Shown here: positions 45,868-57,057 of the stretch, in pieces
Numbering within the stretch: position 1 is the first letter of the stretch
Layout: every line of letters starts with the position of its first letter
Assembly: GCA_027923505.1 (NCBI GenBank)
Contig: BROI01000006.1
Coordinates: 1 to 64,000, forward strand
Direction: 5' to 3'
Source: Mayamaea pseudoterrestris
Lineage: Eukaryota
DNA length: 64,000 bases
Program-made: the position numbers and the translations under genes
The notes under the pieces: generated by a model
Databases searched by the model: none
What the model saw: the letters and a program-made list of their open reading frames with translations, nothing else
Told to the model about the DNA's origin: nothing

Positions 45868-47196
45868 ATGATAGTGTTATGCAGCAAACGACTTTTGTAT
45901 TTCATCACATTGAGCCTCTTGGCCAGCAGCATTGACGCATTGCAATCTACATCGTCATTCGCATCACCCAACAAAGTCAGGACGTTGACTAAAACATCAA
46001 TATGCATCAAACAAAAACTTCATTACCGTCCGACATCATCAACTGCCCTACACATGGCCGCATCAAACTCGATACCTCCCTACCCGGTCCGGATCGCCGT
46101 CATGGGCGGCGGCAACTTTGGTTTGGCACTGGCCGCCATTTGCGCCCGCAAAAACATTCCCACCACCATTTTGGTGCGAAAACAAGATGTTGCCGAATCA
46201 ATCAACAAGACGCACAAGCATCCCACGAAAATGACCGACATTACCTTTCCCTCGACGCTGCGGGCGACGGCCGACCCGGCCGAGTGTTTGTCGGATGCAA
46301 CCTACATAGTTCATGCTGTTCCGGTGCAGTATAGTCGCGAGTTTTTGAATTCAGTGGCGAAATACATTCCTCCCAATACACCAGTGTTGAGTGGATCCAA
46401 GGGCATTGAAACGACTAGTTTGGGATTCATGGTGGATATACTGCAGGAGTGTTTGGGAGAGGACCGACCCTACGCCTTTCTATCGGGTCCATCCTTTGCG
46501 CGGGAAATGTGCGAAGGTGTTGCCACCGCCGTCGTGGTGGCGTCCAAGGATGTGTTGCTGGCCAAGGACTTGGCGGAGCTACTGAGCGACAATAACTTTC
46601 GCGTGTTTACCTCACGAGACGTTGTTGGTTTGGAGATTGGAGGAGCCGTCAAGAATGTCATTGCATTGGCGGCTGGCATGTGCGAAGGTTTGGGACTGGG
46701 CACCAATGCCATGAGTGCGCTCGTGACGCGCGGATGTGGAGAAATGAGGCGACTGGGTTCCACGCTGGGCGCCAAGTCGAGCACTATTTCAGGTCTATCG
46801 GGTGAGTATGCTGGATGAGCGAGAGGAGTGAATGGAAAAGAATAAATAATCTCATCTTTCGCTCTCTAAACCATTTTATATTAAACAGGCGTCGGCGATA
46901 CGTTCGGAACATGCTTTGGTCCATTGTCGCGCAACCGCAAGTTTGGCTATCGCCTCGGCCAGGGCGAAACCGTCCAGCAAGTCTTGGAGTCGAGCACCGA
47001 AGTCGCCGAAGGTGTCGACACGGCCCGGGCCTTGGTGCGCTTCATCAAGCAACGGTGCAAGGGCTATCGACTCGACTTGAAGTATCCAATATTGTTTGGT
47101 GTGAATGCGATTATTGAAGGCGAGCTGACGCCGTTGGAAGGCTTGAAGGGAATCATGGAGATGCCCTTTTTGATGGAAAACTATGATGAAAGATAA
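45868..47196 (+). CDS. gpsA: NAD(P)+-dependent glycerol-3-phosphate dehydrogenase (GpsA type), signal peptide, exons 45868-46801 and 46889-47196
   Basis: GGGNFG, SKGIE, LSGPSFA, GGAVKNVIALAAG, GLSGVGD, SRN, AEGV. Confidence 0.92.
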
Positions 47197-47330
47197 TGTG
47201 ACAAATCAATGTGTACAGTAAAATATAGAGTTGCTAGCAGTTGCATATCTTTGTTTTGCTGGAAGTTGGGTGGTAATGTTGTTCTCCGTATAATGAAGAG
47301 GCCTCTCATTTCCCAAGCCACCATCGCTTC

Positions 47331-47900
47331 TCAATAACTACTATACCAATACGCCACGGGCGGCCACTTTGGAGGATCGTATCCTTTTCCTCCGAGCGGC
47401 GAGCACCGCAGCAGTCGCCAAACGGTGAGCAAGCTTCCCGCACATGGCCCAAACTCTTGTATGGCTTGGACGCCGTACTGCGAGCAGGTGGGCAAAAAGC
47501 GACAGGCGGGAGGCAGTAGCGGCGAAACGAATTCTTTATAGATACCAATAGTGGCAATCATGGCGGTGGACATTTGGTCTGTTGATGGCGTTGAAGAAGG
47601 TGCAGTCATCTCGTTGTCGTTGTCGGCGGATGGTGTAACGTCATCGTCGTCATTCACATGGCTGACAGTTTCGTCGTCAGAGTCAATTGTCAGAAACCGT
47701 TTGTTTGAAGCATACATCTTCTTTGGTTTCCGTCGCTCCATGATTAATGAAACGTCGGCCACGCCAAAGTAATGCGATTGCTTTCGTGGTGCATGCATGG
47801 CTGTCGTCGGGCCGAAGGAAGCGTGACTGCAAACAGCGCATGCTTGGGCTTGTCGAGAAATATCTAGTAGAGTCAACAGTATCAGAACTGCGTTTTTCAT
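47331..47900 (-). CDS. yidD: YidD-like membrane protein insertion efficiency factor with N-terminal targeting extension
   Basis: YKEFVSPLLPPACRFLPTCSQYG..AIQEFG..G..LTVWRLLRCSPLGGKGYDP. Confidence 0.88.
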   Translation of the reverse strand: MKNAVLILLTLLDISRQAQACAVCSHASFGPTTAMHAPRKQSHYFGVADVSLIMERRKPKKMYASNKRFLTIDSDDETVSHVNDDDDVTPSADNDNEMTAPSSTPSTDQMSTAMIATIGIYKEFVSPLLPPACRFLPTCSQYGVQAIQEFGPCAGSLLTVWRLLRCSPLGGKGYDPPKWPPVAYWYSSY

Positions 47901-47914
47901 TGTAAAGAGTCAAC

Positions 47915-47938
47915 AGATAGATAGATAGATAGATAGAT
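47915..47938. repeat. (AGAT)6 microsatellite
   Basis: Six perfect AGAT units, 14 bp upstream of the yidD start codon. Confidence 0.9.
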
Positions 47939-48208
47939 TGTTTTATTTAGAATGCAATCATGTTCAAAGCTGCTCGATCCTCGGTTCGTCATGGTGCATC
48001 ACCATTATCACGATGTCGAAATCGTGTCACGCTGATGTCGCATGCGACACAAAAAAGGACCGGCGCGCGCGCGAAGTAAGAAACGGACCTTCCACTACGG
48101 TAGATCCAATGCCACGGAACGAACACTGCAGCTCTCTCACATGTCGGACTGCTCCTCTTGCAAGCATAAGCTTTCTCCACTTCCGTAGATAGACACTACA
48201 CAGCAATC

Positions 48209-48992
48209 ATGTTATCCTTTCGCTACTTGACTCGTCCATTAACGTTACCGAAATTCACAACGCTCGCTTCTACACGATCACTATCATTAAACGCTCCCAA
48301 GCGCACCTACCCACAGTACACGGTCTATGGCGACACGTGCATGCTGTCTCTCAAAGTCGTACTTCCAACCTTTCGGGCCACCAAGCAGCAAGGCTTGTAC
48401 GTGGACAGTAAAGGCATGGGACGTGTGGTATTGGAGTGGATTCCGCGAGACTCGAATGGTATGTATGAATGAAGGAATGAGGACTGAGTAAAGCAGCAGC
48501 GTGGAACGAACGATGAAACATTCCGTTTATATGTTAACTCTTTCTTACTTCTCTTTCATCTCATTCATTTCATCTCCAGGACGCGGAGAACCCACCAAGA
48601 CGGTACGCTTTGGTCTATCGCCCGAGGAGCTTGGCATACTTGTCGATCAATTGCCGCACCATTCCGTCGAGTTGATGCGTCGCCCTTCCACGGACGAAAC
48701 TAGCAGCAACAATAAGCTTTTTCGCGTGGCACCAAACAACAATGGCATGTTTTCCTTTGCCTTTGACTATGAGCGCGACGGCGTCACGGGCGTGGGACCG
48801 GAGGGACCCTTTGCTGTGCAGGTGCCGCTCGGCGAGTTTACCGTGCTGCACGAGTTGATGAAATCCAGCATTCCCGTCGTGACGGGATGGTCGGCGCTGT
48901 TGGAGGCGGGCACCAGGGCGGCCATGGATCAAGCCATGCGAGAACATGGTAATGGTGGTAATATGAACTATCGTGACTCGGTGCCATTTTGA
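48209..48992 (+). CDS. Whirly-like ssDNA-binding protein, mitochondrial-type presequence, exons 48209-48458 and 48580-48992
   Basis: YPQYTVYG..LSL..PTF, GRVVLEW, FGLSPEELG, KLFRVAP, V..GEFTVL..SIPVVTGW parallel the plant Whirly core (YSIYKG.., FSLSVTEIG, AEFAVL..LPYLIGW). Confidence 0.72.
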
Positions 48993-49076
48993 AGTAATGG
49001 TTAATGCAGAACAGTACATGAATGAATTGGAGTGATGCATAGTATAAGCGCAACAGACACTACTAAAGAGCCTATT

Positions 49077-50714
49077 TTATAATTCCATGCTACGTATCTT
49101 TTCAATCATTTCTTGCTCCTTCTCCTCCCAATCGTCGTCGTCATCGTCGTCCGAAACAGCATGTCGCCCATTCGTTCGCACGCGCGGCAAGGCTGCTTCA
49201 ATCCGGTGCCACTGACCCCATCGCTCGGGCGGTACAAAGCCCAACGACACGAACCAATCCAGCGGCGAGTAGTGAGGCACATTGTAGTTCACCAAGAGTT
49301 CCTGACCCAGGCGGAGCGGCTTGCGCTGTCCGTGTCGCATGCTGCGCACAATAAAGGCACCCGAAACATCCTCGCCGGAACTGTCCACAAAGTCGCCGTT
49401 GCGATATTTCTCCTTGCCGGTCAGTTCGATGAATCCGCCAGCGTTGGCATCGTGGTTCACCAGGTCGAGGATTGGAATCATGCGCAGCGCGCCATGCTTT
49501 TCCGAGCCGGCAGTCGCGCGTGAGGCGACTTGGCAGAGTGCCCATTTGATATTGTCCTTGGCCTTGACGTCTTCGGGATGCTTGAGGTAGGGTGCATAGT
49601 CAAAGGTCAAGCCGTCGACAATCTTGTTGGCGTACTGCGATGCCTTTTGTAGCTCCAACGACCAGCCTTGCGTGTCAACGCCAATTTCCTCGCGCAATAC
49701 GTTAATTGTGTCAAGCATGTGCGGTTTCAGCTTTTCGGAATACCCGCACGACGGCTCCGGCGGCAGTGACGCAATGTATGGCACCCACCGCGAGTAGCGA
49801 CCAAGTCCGCGCTCGTGCGCGAGCAGCAGCACCAGTAGCGCGGCGTCGTCCAGTTCGTGCAAGCTCGCCCGCTTTTGCACTTCCGTGGGAACAATGGGAA
49901 GGAGCGTGTCAAGGGCAACGTTGCGTGTCATTTGAAAGCCAAGTGGCACTCGTATCAACACTTCCTCCTGTTTGAATGTTTGCGACGGCGGTGTTGCAAT
50001 TGTTTCATTGTTGGCGCGCTGCAGCATGGCGTGGTGCTTGTCGTCGGCGGTGCCGGGAAGGCAGCGCACTTGACACGCTTGGTACGCGTCACGCACCATG
50101 CCAATGCCGCGCGACGCTCCACTCGGCGCCGGCACCAAGAGTCCCAAATCGGGATGCACGTATCCGCCTTGCTCTCTCACGACGGCTTCCCGCAGGACGG
50201 CAAAGATGCGTGGATGCGACGGATTCTGCGCATACTCCTCGGCCTCCATGTTTCGCTCCACCGACTCGGCCCACGAGGCGAATCGATCGAGCCAGTCGTC
50301 CCAACGTTTGCCGCGAAAAGTGACAAACTGAAAGGTTCCTGTGGATCGAATGCGATTCGCCAAATCTTGTTTCCATATTGGAGTGTTTGCGTAGTTTGGC
50401 TCCAACAACACCCTCCAGCTGCCGGCACCCATGACAAAGCCAAACAATAATCCGAACAGCATGCAGCCGACGAGCCAGAATGCTCCGTAGTGCTGTAGAT
50501 GATCCAGTTTCAGCCATGACAGTTGCAATAGTCTTGTTTTGAATGGTAATGGTGCATGTTCAGTAGATTTCGTGGCAGTCGCTGCTGCTGGAGTTGTCGT
50601 CGTTGTGGGTGGTGCAGTGCTGGGAGATGCACTGGGAGCGACAGGATCATCGCTCGAGCTGCTACCGCCACCTTTTGCACTAGTAGTGGAGCTCTGTCTT
50701 CCTTTGCGGCCCAT
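49077..50714 (-). CDS. SET-domain methyltransferase (Rubisco LSMT/SETD3-like) with N-terminal TM helix
   Basis: RGIG, VLIRVP, LAHER..SRWVPYIASLP, WA..VASRA, MIPILDLVNH, GQELLVNY; TM GAFWLVGCMLFGLLFGFVMG. Confidence 0.8.
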   Translation of the reverse strand: MGRKGRQSSTTSAKGGGSSSSDDPVAPSASPSTAPPTTTTTPAAATATKSTEHAPLPFKTRLLQLSWLKLDHLQHYGAFWLVGCMLFGLLFGFVMGAGSWRVLLEPNYANTPIWKQDLANRIRSTGTFQFVTFRGKRWDDWLDRFASWAESVERNMEAEEYAQNPSHPRIFAVLREAVVREQGGYVHPDLGLLVPAPSGASRGIGMVRDAYQACQVRCLPGTADDKHHAMLQRANNETIATPPSQTFKQEEVLIRVPLGFQMTRNVALDTLLPIVPTEVQKRASLHELDDAALLVLLLAHERGLGRYSRWVPYIASLPPEPSCGYSEKLKPHMLDTINVLREEIGVDTQGWSLELQKASQYANKIVDGLTFDYAPYLKHPEDVKAKDNIKWALCQVASRATAGSEKHGALRMIPILDLVNHDANAGGFIELTGKEKYRNGDFVDSSGEDVSGAFIVRSMRHGQRKPLRLGQELLVNYNVPHYSPLDWFVSLGFVPPERWGQWHRIEAALPRVRTNGRHAVSDDDDDDDWEEKEQEMIEKIRSMEL

Positions 50715-51029
50715 TGTTAGTCATGTATATATCGTATAGTATTATAGAGTGAAAGACGTCAGCCGGAGTGTGTGATGAGCGTCGAAAATCAAAGTTCGAT
50801 GCAATATCATGTCGTAGCGGTTTCCGCTTAATGCCGAGACGACATACTTTTCATTTTTCATTTTTCTTCTGCTTTTGACGATCCTTTCGCGTGACGCCTC
50901 TGCGACTCGCAACCATTGACGCGATTCTCTCGTCTATTGGGAGCTTTCGAAAGCGCTTGCATTTGCCATCGCTCAGACGACAATCAGTCATTGATCATTC
51001 TATAGTTTCCGATATTATATAAAGCGACA

Positions 51030-52373
51030 ATGATTCGTCGCACTTTCAATTTGCAACGGTGCAGTCGTTCACTACTGCAACGAAAACAGAATCGCTTCGT
51101 GTCAGTGACATCTGGCGCGCCACTACAAGTCAATGCAGGCTCGCCATCTACACCAAGTATTTCCAGTCCAAAGCTATATGATCCATATACAAATCGTCCA
51201 TTCTCCACTCAGTTAACCAAGGCTCTCGATGAACTCATTGCCGAACGCGCTCGTCAACCCCAAACATCCGTTTCCCTCCAAGCCCTCATGCGGACGGGTC
51301 GGGGCGAATACTTGCATCGAACCTTTGGCGAGGAGACGCGCGAGAAACATGCCGCCACTGATTTAGTCTTGATCCAAGTTGCCTCCTTTCTACGACATGA
51401 ATTACCCATCCGCTTGGCGCATCGCATCCAAGACTTGCAGTCCATGCGCGTCTTGAGCGAAATGTCATCCATTCAAGGCGTCGCTGAACTATACAAAACA
51501 TCATTCCAGGAACTAGTCGACTGTCCACCACGCATTGAAACCACGCAGCAGGAGCAACTCTTTGCCCAAGTCGTGCAAAACATTTACGAGCGACACTCCA
51601 AAGTCTTGGTGCAAATGGCCCGGGGCGCCTACGAGTTTCGCACCGCCATGCGCGCGCAGCGTCAATCGGACGAGCTGCAGATGGAAACCAACGCCTTTCT
51701 GGATCGCTTCTACTTGTGTCGCATTGGAATTCGCGTGCTGATTGGACAGTACTTGGCGCTGCGGCAGCCGCCGGTTCCAAACTACATTGGCATTATCTGC
51801 AGCGCCACGAGTCCGTACGAAATTGTCAAGCGAGCGATTGACGACGCGGCCTTCATGTGCACGAGAAAGTATGGCGAGGCGCCGGATGTCATCATGAGTG
51901 GGCGACTGGATTTGACATTTCCCTACGTGCCGACGCATTTACATTACATCATGTTGGAGTTGTTGAAGAATAGTATGCGAGCGACAGTCGAGTGGCATGG
52001 AGTGGAGTGCGAGGACTTTCCACCGATTAAAGTGGTGATTGCTGATGGAGATGAGAATGAAGATGTAGTTATTAAAGTGTCGGATGAAGGGGGTGGTATT
52101 TCACGGAGTAACATGAAAAAGATCTGGAGCTACTTGTTCACGACGGCTGATCCAGGCATTCAGGAAGGCATGGTTGGTGGAGGAAGCGGCGACAATGTGG
52201 ATCATGGGATTGATGCTCCGCTAGCTGGCTTGGGATACGGCCTGCCCATTTCGAGAAGTTACTGTCGGTACTTTGGAGGGGATATTTCCGTCATGAGCAT
52301 GGAAGGCTATGGCACGGATGCCTTTGTTTATCTTGCGCGACTCGGCAACATGAAGGAGCCTCTGCCAATTTAA
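51030..52373 (+). CDS. PDK: Mitochondrial pyruvate dehydrogenase kinase
   Basis: FLRHELPIRLAHR, FLDRFYLCRIGIRVL, ELLKNSMRA, SDEGGG, YLFTTA, LAGLGYGLPISR, SMEGYGTD. Confidence 0.93.
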   Translation: MIRRTFNLQRCSRSLLQRKQNRFVSVTSGAPLQVNAGSPSTPSISSPKLYDPYTNRPFSTQLTKALDELIAERARQPQTSVSLQALMRTGRGEYLHRTFGEETREKHAATDLVLIQVASFLRHELPIRLAHRIQDLQSMRVLSEMSSIQGVAELYKTSFQELVDCPPRIETTQQEQLFAQVVQNIYERHSKVLVQMARGAYEFRTAMRAQRQSDELQMETNAFLDRFYLCRIGIRVLIGQYLALRQPPVPNYIGIICSATSPYEIVKRAIDDAAFMCTRKYGEAPDVIMSGRLDLTFPYVPTHLHYIMLELLKNSMRATVEWHGVECEDFPPIKVVIADGDENEDVVIKVSDEGGGISRSNMKKIWSYLFTTADPGIQEGMVGGGSGDNVDHGIDAPLAGLGYGLPISRSYCRYFGGDISVMSMEGYGTDAFVYLARLGNMKEPLPI

Positions 52374-52867
52374 AGTAACAAGGCCGACTTTGATTTCTAG
52401 TACTAGAAATGTTGCATGTTTTATATTTGTGATATGTTTATAAAACTGTGACTGCCGTACCAGTACAGCCATGCCGGTAAGAATGGAAGGCCAAGACATA
52501 GTCCACTTGCACACCTTGATATATCACCAACCTATGCAACAAGGATCATAGAGCGCTGACAACACCCATATCTCGCCTATGCTCTGCAAATTTGAGCAGC
52601 GCAGGGCCTTGACATCGGCTAGCGCGTCTCTTCTCATTAAGCTCCTTCGACTTTAAACACTTCGTCCTCGTACTCCTTCACGTACCGTAGACTCTTCACT
52701 ACTCCCTTCACTTGTCATCTGTTACGAGAAAGTTATATATGTATTTCAACTATATACACTTGCCAGATTTTCTATTATGAATTACTCTATGATTTTCAAT
52801 TAACTAGATTGGAGTGCTCATTGGAGCATTCGCGGACACTGCAGCAACCACATTGCCGATCTCCGAT

Positions 52868-55800
52868 TTACATGCCATTTTTCAGATACCACTTCCCTTT
52901 TTGTACTTCTGCCACTGAAGTCAGTAGGCTGCGGAAGACAGCAACATCTTTGGACGACGTCACGTCAGCAAAAGCAGTCATAACATCCTCCGTACTTGGG
53001 TGCTTGTATCGAAGAAATTCTTTTATCCTCATCAAAAGCTTGGCATAATGCTGGGCCTCTTCGTTTGGGGCTGTATCCTCACCTCCAGTAGCTACCGCTT
53101 GTTGGCGCTGCCGTAAAAAGGCCAGTAGACTGCTGGAATCGCCATTTACAGCTTGCGCTCGATCAATACCAAAGGCACTAATACCGCCGTTACTGCCTGA
53201 CTTGAAACGGGAGTCAAATGAGGTTTCCGGCTCTGCCACACTTCTTTGCAGTGCTTTCGCAGCTTCTCGGGCAACTTCCTTGGCGCGTTCCTCCATTTCT
53301 CGCACTGTTGTGGACTTTTGTCGACAGTCATGTTCAACAAAATTGTGGTCGAAAATGCCGGCAAGACCCTTGCTCTTCATCACATGCTCTAGCGTCTCTT
53401 GATCATCTTTCAACGCCTCTTCTGGCGGTTCGTCGTCTAAATCAACCACCCCTGCACCATTCGTCAAGGCCCCAGTGTCGGTGATACCGTCTGATCCTCC
53501 TCGGATACTTCCAGTGTCGTCCTTTAAAGTAAATAGATCGCGCAAATCGCGCTGGGAAAAGAGGCGTCTTTGTCGAGGGTCTTGCAAAATCTTGTTCGAA
53601 AGCGACGTTTTGAAAATTTGTCGATGATAAATCTTCTCCTCGATTGTACCGGCCGTAATAAGTCGGTATACTGTCACTTCACGTTGTTGGCCAAACCGCC
53701 ATGCCCGTTCTCGAGCCTGCGCGTCAGTTTGAGGATTCCAAGACGGATCAAAGAGAACGACACGGTCGGCACCAGTCAAGTTTAAACCAACACCTCCAGT
53801 TTGCGTTGTGCACAGCATACCGAAGTAAGAGTCGTCGTTGTTAAATGTATCGACCAGTCGCTGTCGTGCTCCCACAGATGTCTTGCCATCAATTCGGCCA
53901 AACTTCCAACCCTGGGCAAACGTAAATTTCTGAATAATGTCAAGCATCTTCACCCACTGACAGAAAATCAGGACACGATGTCCCTGTTGGTGCCACAGAG
54001 GAAGAATCTTCGACAACACCTCTAGCTTCCCGGATCTTTCAGTCAGTGTTTCACTCGCTTCCATCATACTATCATAGTACGCTGAATCGTCGTCGTCGTC
54101 ATTCAAAGCTGCATCGTTCACATAGCCGTTGCTGATAAACGAGTCAATGGAAGCTTGATCTGGACTGCAAACAAGATCGGGGTGATTGCAAATTTTACGA
54201 AGCATTGTCACCGCCGCGAATAGCTGATTGTTGCCACGAAGTACCCGTCGGACCTCATCGCTCGAAAGGAAACCTCTGTACATTGACCTTTGTCGGACCG
54301 ACAATCGACAAAATAAAACCTGTTCAGTCTTTCCTGGCATACGCTTCACTTCCTTTACATCCTTCTTCTGACGACGCAGTAAGTATGGATTGATTAGATC
54401 CTTGAGGACAAGTGAACAGCGATACGCAAGCTGAACCTGCACCGGCGACGCATTAGAGTAGCCTCCTCGTTTTATCGGATCCGCAAACTCTTGCTCGAAG
54501 GTTTGTAGTAAACCTAATCGTCCAGGAAAGACAAAGTCAAATATACTCCATAGTTCTTTTAGGCAATTCTGGATGGGTGTGCCGCTCAGTGCCAGACGGT
54601 GTGGCGTTCGGATACGCTTGCAGGCAATAGTGACATCAGCGTCTGGGTTGCGGATCCGCTGCGCTTCATCGAGGATCATGTAGGACCAATCATGTTCTTC
54701 GTAAATAGTTGGATTTCGACGCAAATTTTCGTAGGTTGTTATGACTGCATATCCGGTTCCACAAAAGCTATGCGGGTCCATTGTTTCGTGGTCTTGCTCG
54801 TCAATCAATTCGTATAGGCGATCGGCACGACAACGCTGAAGCCACGCAGCAAAAGCATTTAGCATTTGAGGCGAAATGCTCCGAGATACGCCATCATTTT
54901 CACCGGACTGATGAATGAGTATACGACGTAGCCCAGGCGCCCATATAGCTAATTCGTTAAGCCAGTGTTGAAGCATAGTTGCAGGCGCAACAATCAGCAC
55001 AGACTTGAGTTTGCGGGCAGCAGCGAGGATCCCCATAAACGCACACACCTGGCATGTTTTACCAAGCCCCATCTCGTCACCTACAACTCCTCCAACTTGT
55101 TGCTGATGCAAGCCCCACATCCACTTGATTCCTTCTCGTTGATATTCGAATAGTTTGTCGTTGGTCCACGCTGGCACGTACAGCCCATCTACGTAATGCG
55201 CTCCTGGAATCGCTTCGTCCGCGTCGCGCTCCATCATTTTCTTCATGCGTGGCAAACCATTGTCAATCCAGTCGTCAACCCTATCCTCATAGTTGATCTC
55301 TTCCAAATCATCAATGGCATTCAATTTTGGTGCAATAACTTTTCGCTTCTTAATGCGGCGTTTTGGCTGCTTGCGTTTCATTATTCGCTTTGGTCGTGGC
55401 TCTACTGTCATCGAAGGTTGCACGGTAGCACTACCCTGTTCACCACGCCTAGATCGTCGTAAAGGTCTTCCTCCTTGCTGACATGTCGCCAAATGTTGCG
55501 CGAGAACCGTGTCAATGTCGGTTGTTTCGTCTGCAAAAATGGTTGCCTGACACTGTGGACACGTCGCACTTGCAGCGGCTACTGGAGTAGTCCGCGCATC
55601 ATCGCTACTATTAGACTCTTTCTTCTCATCAATGCCGCCGAGCGCCTCTTCGTCGTCGTCGTCGTCATCATCAAATTCATCCTCCTCACTCGAACTGCCA
55701 GCAATCTCCACAACATGCATCGCCATGCGCTTTTGCCTCCTATTTTGTCGCTCCAATCGAAGCTGCGCCAAGCGTTCCCTTTGTTCCGGAGTTACCCGCA

Positions 55801-56338
55801 AATCTGATTCCAAGTCGTCTTCACTTGGAGCCTTGATCCTCGTGCGCTGCATCATGGGGACGCGCGTCCGCGGCAGTGCTCGCTCACTTTCGACTCGCTG
55901 CTGCTGCTGCATTGCTACGGATGATCGCTTTTGTTCAAATTGCTGCTCCTGTTTCAAGCTAGCAGGTAGTTCATCTAGCGACTTGCCAGCGACACTTGTC
56001 AAAAATGAAAGAAGCATTTGCTCCTTCAAAAAGAGTCGATCGTGTGACAGTGCGTCGACAGACTGCTCCATGGCAGCTTGCTCTTGCAACTCCCGTCGCG
56101 TCTTGCTCAAGACTGCATATACATGCGCTTCGTCCGCTGGATTATATCGTTCCGGATGTCGTGGATCAAAACTTGGTGCCAATGAATGCAGTGGCGGAAA
56201 CCCAACGACTCCATGTTCAAAGACATGCAACGTGGGAGCGAGTTGCTGCGTGGCCTCGCGAATGACATTGTCTTCATAAACATCTTGCTCGTGCAGCGAC
56301 GCATTCAGTGATGCCAGTAGTTGCTGCTCGTCCGACAT
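52868..56338 (-). CDS. ERCC6: ERCC6/CSB/Rad26 SNF2-family ATPase (probable start MSDEQ; ORF open to 56596)
   Basis: GDEMGLGKT, LDEAQRIRNP, LSGTPIQN, GGYSNASPVQVQ, QARERAWRFGQ, EKIYHRQIFK, DPRQRR; CxxC...HxxxC zinc finger N-terminal to the ATPase. Confidence 0.92.
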   Translation of the reverse strand: MSDEQQLLASLNASLHEQDVYEDNVIREATQQLAPTLHVFEHGVVGFPPLHSLAPSFDPRHPERYNPADEAHVYAVLSKTRRELQEQAAMEQSVDALSHDRLFLKEQMLLSFLTSVAGKSLDELPASLKQEQQFEQKRSSVAMQQQQRVESERALPRTRVPMMQRTRIKAPSEDDLESDLRVTPEQRERLAQLRLERQNRRQKRMAMHVVEIAGSSSEEDEFDDDDDDDEEALGGIDEKKESNSSDDARTTPVAAASATCPQCQATIFADETTDIDTVLAQHLATCQQGGRPLRRSRRGEQGSATVQPSMTVEPRPKRIMKRKQPKRRIKKRKVIAPKLNAIDDLEEINYEDRVDDWIDNGLPRMKKMMERDADEAIPGAHYVDGLYVPAWTNDKLFEYQREGIKWMWGLHQQQVGGVVGDEMGLGKTCQVCAFMGILAAARKLKSVLIVAPATMLQHWLNELAIWAPGLRRILIHQSGENDGVSRSISPQMLNAFAAWLQRCRADRLYELIDEQDHETMDPHSFCGTGYAVITTYENLRRNPTIYEEHDWSYMILDEAQRIRNPDADVTIACKRIRTPHRLALSGTPIQNCLKELWSIFDFVFPGRLGLLQTFEQEFADPIKRGGYSNASPVQVQLAYRCSLVLKDLINPYLLRRQKKDVKEVKRMPGKTEQVLFCRLSVRQRSMYRGFLSSDEVRRVLRGNNQLFAAVTMLRKICNHPDLVCSPDQASIDSFISNGYVNDAALNDDDDDSAYYDSMMEASETLTERSGKLEVLSKILPLWHQQGHRVLIFCQWVKMLDIIQKFTFAQGWKFGRIDGKTSVGARQRLVDTFNNDDSYFGMLCTTQTGGVGLNLTGADRVVLFDPSWNPQTDAQARERAWRFGQQREVTVYRLITAGTIEEKIYHRQIFKTSLSNKILQDPRQRRLFSQRDLRDLFTLKDDTGSIRGGSDGITDTGALTNGAGVVDLDDEPPEEALKDDQETLEHVMKSKGLAGIFDHNFVEHDCRQKSTTVREMEERAKEVAREAAKALQRSVAEPETSFDSRFKSGSNGGISAFGIDRAQAVNGDSSSLLAFLRQRQQAVATGGEDTAPNEEAQHYAKLLMRIKEFLRYKHPSTEDVMTAFADVTSSKDVAVFRSLLTSVAEVQKGKWYLKNGM

Positions 56339-56652
56339 GTTACTGTGAATGCTGCAATACTCTACACAAATCAATGGACTGCCATGGTGGAAAACTGAGT
56401 CGGCGGATGGTCGCGGTCGTCGGCGAACGTCGAAACGTGAACTGCGTTTGCGGGACTGAAAAGACATTGAATCGCACGATTCCCTTTCGATGCGAAACTT
56501 CGCGTCATTCGCGTCGATCATTTCAGCCATGGAGGCTTGTTCTTCCCAGTAATCTACTTTCAACCATGTCATTACGTCCTTTATTAACATGAACATGCCG
56601 CTATTGTCTGTGTCGGTGTAACAGCAGGATGTGCTAGTTTGCCAGCTGATGA

Positions 56653-56677
56653 GGGGATGAGGGATGAGGGATGAGGG
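56653..56677 (+). other. Canonical G-quadruplex motif / (GATGAGG)n repeat
   Basis: GGGG-ATGA-GGG-ATGA-GGG-ATGA-GGG. Confidence 0.6.
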
Positions 56678-57057
56678 TCGATGTCTCGATTTGCGACAAC
56701 GCGCATGCCAAGAACTTTATTCGCAGATAATGCACAATTTTTCAACGAATGAAACATACTACTTGAAGAGATTTTAAGGCAGTGCGCGTCATTCGTCGTT
56801 AATGACACTCCGCGCAACGGAACCAATTTTATATGAACAAATTTTGATGCATATCTTCTCCGCAGCCGCCTTACTTGCCGCTCTCACAAAACCAAAAGTG
56901 GAAGGATTGTCACCGCCTGCAGTAAGTTTTGATGATTGCATCGGTGTTGGCATTGACTTGTCTCGTGATGGATGCTTTCTTGTTCGCTCACAGTTACCTC
57001 TCACACTGTGTGCTTTAACACCGCGCTTTCTTGCTCCTCTCGTCCCATCCAGAAATC

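Noticed and set aside
16337..48992. Horizontally acquired bacterial island or operon (Maf, EngB, DnaG, GpsA, YidD, DUF1517)
   Set aside because: The genes are dispersed among eukaryotic housekeeping genes and carry targeting presequences, several with introns; this fits ordinary nuclear-encoded organellar proteins
55632..56279. Long antisense ORFs (also 60732-61355, 49857-50450, 43377-43967)
   Set aside because: Shadow frames opposite well-supported genes
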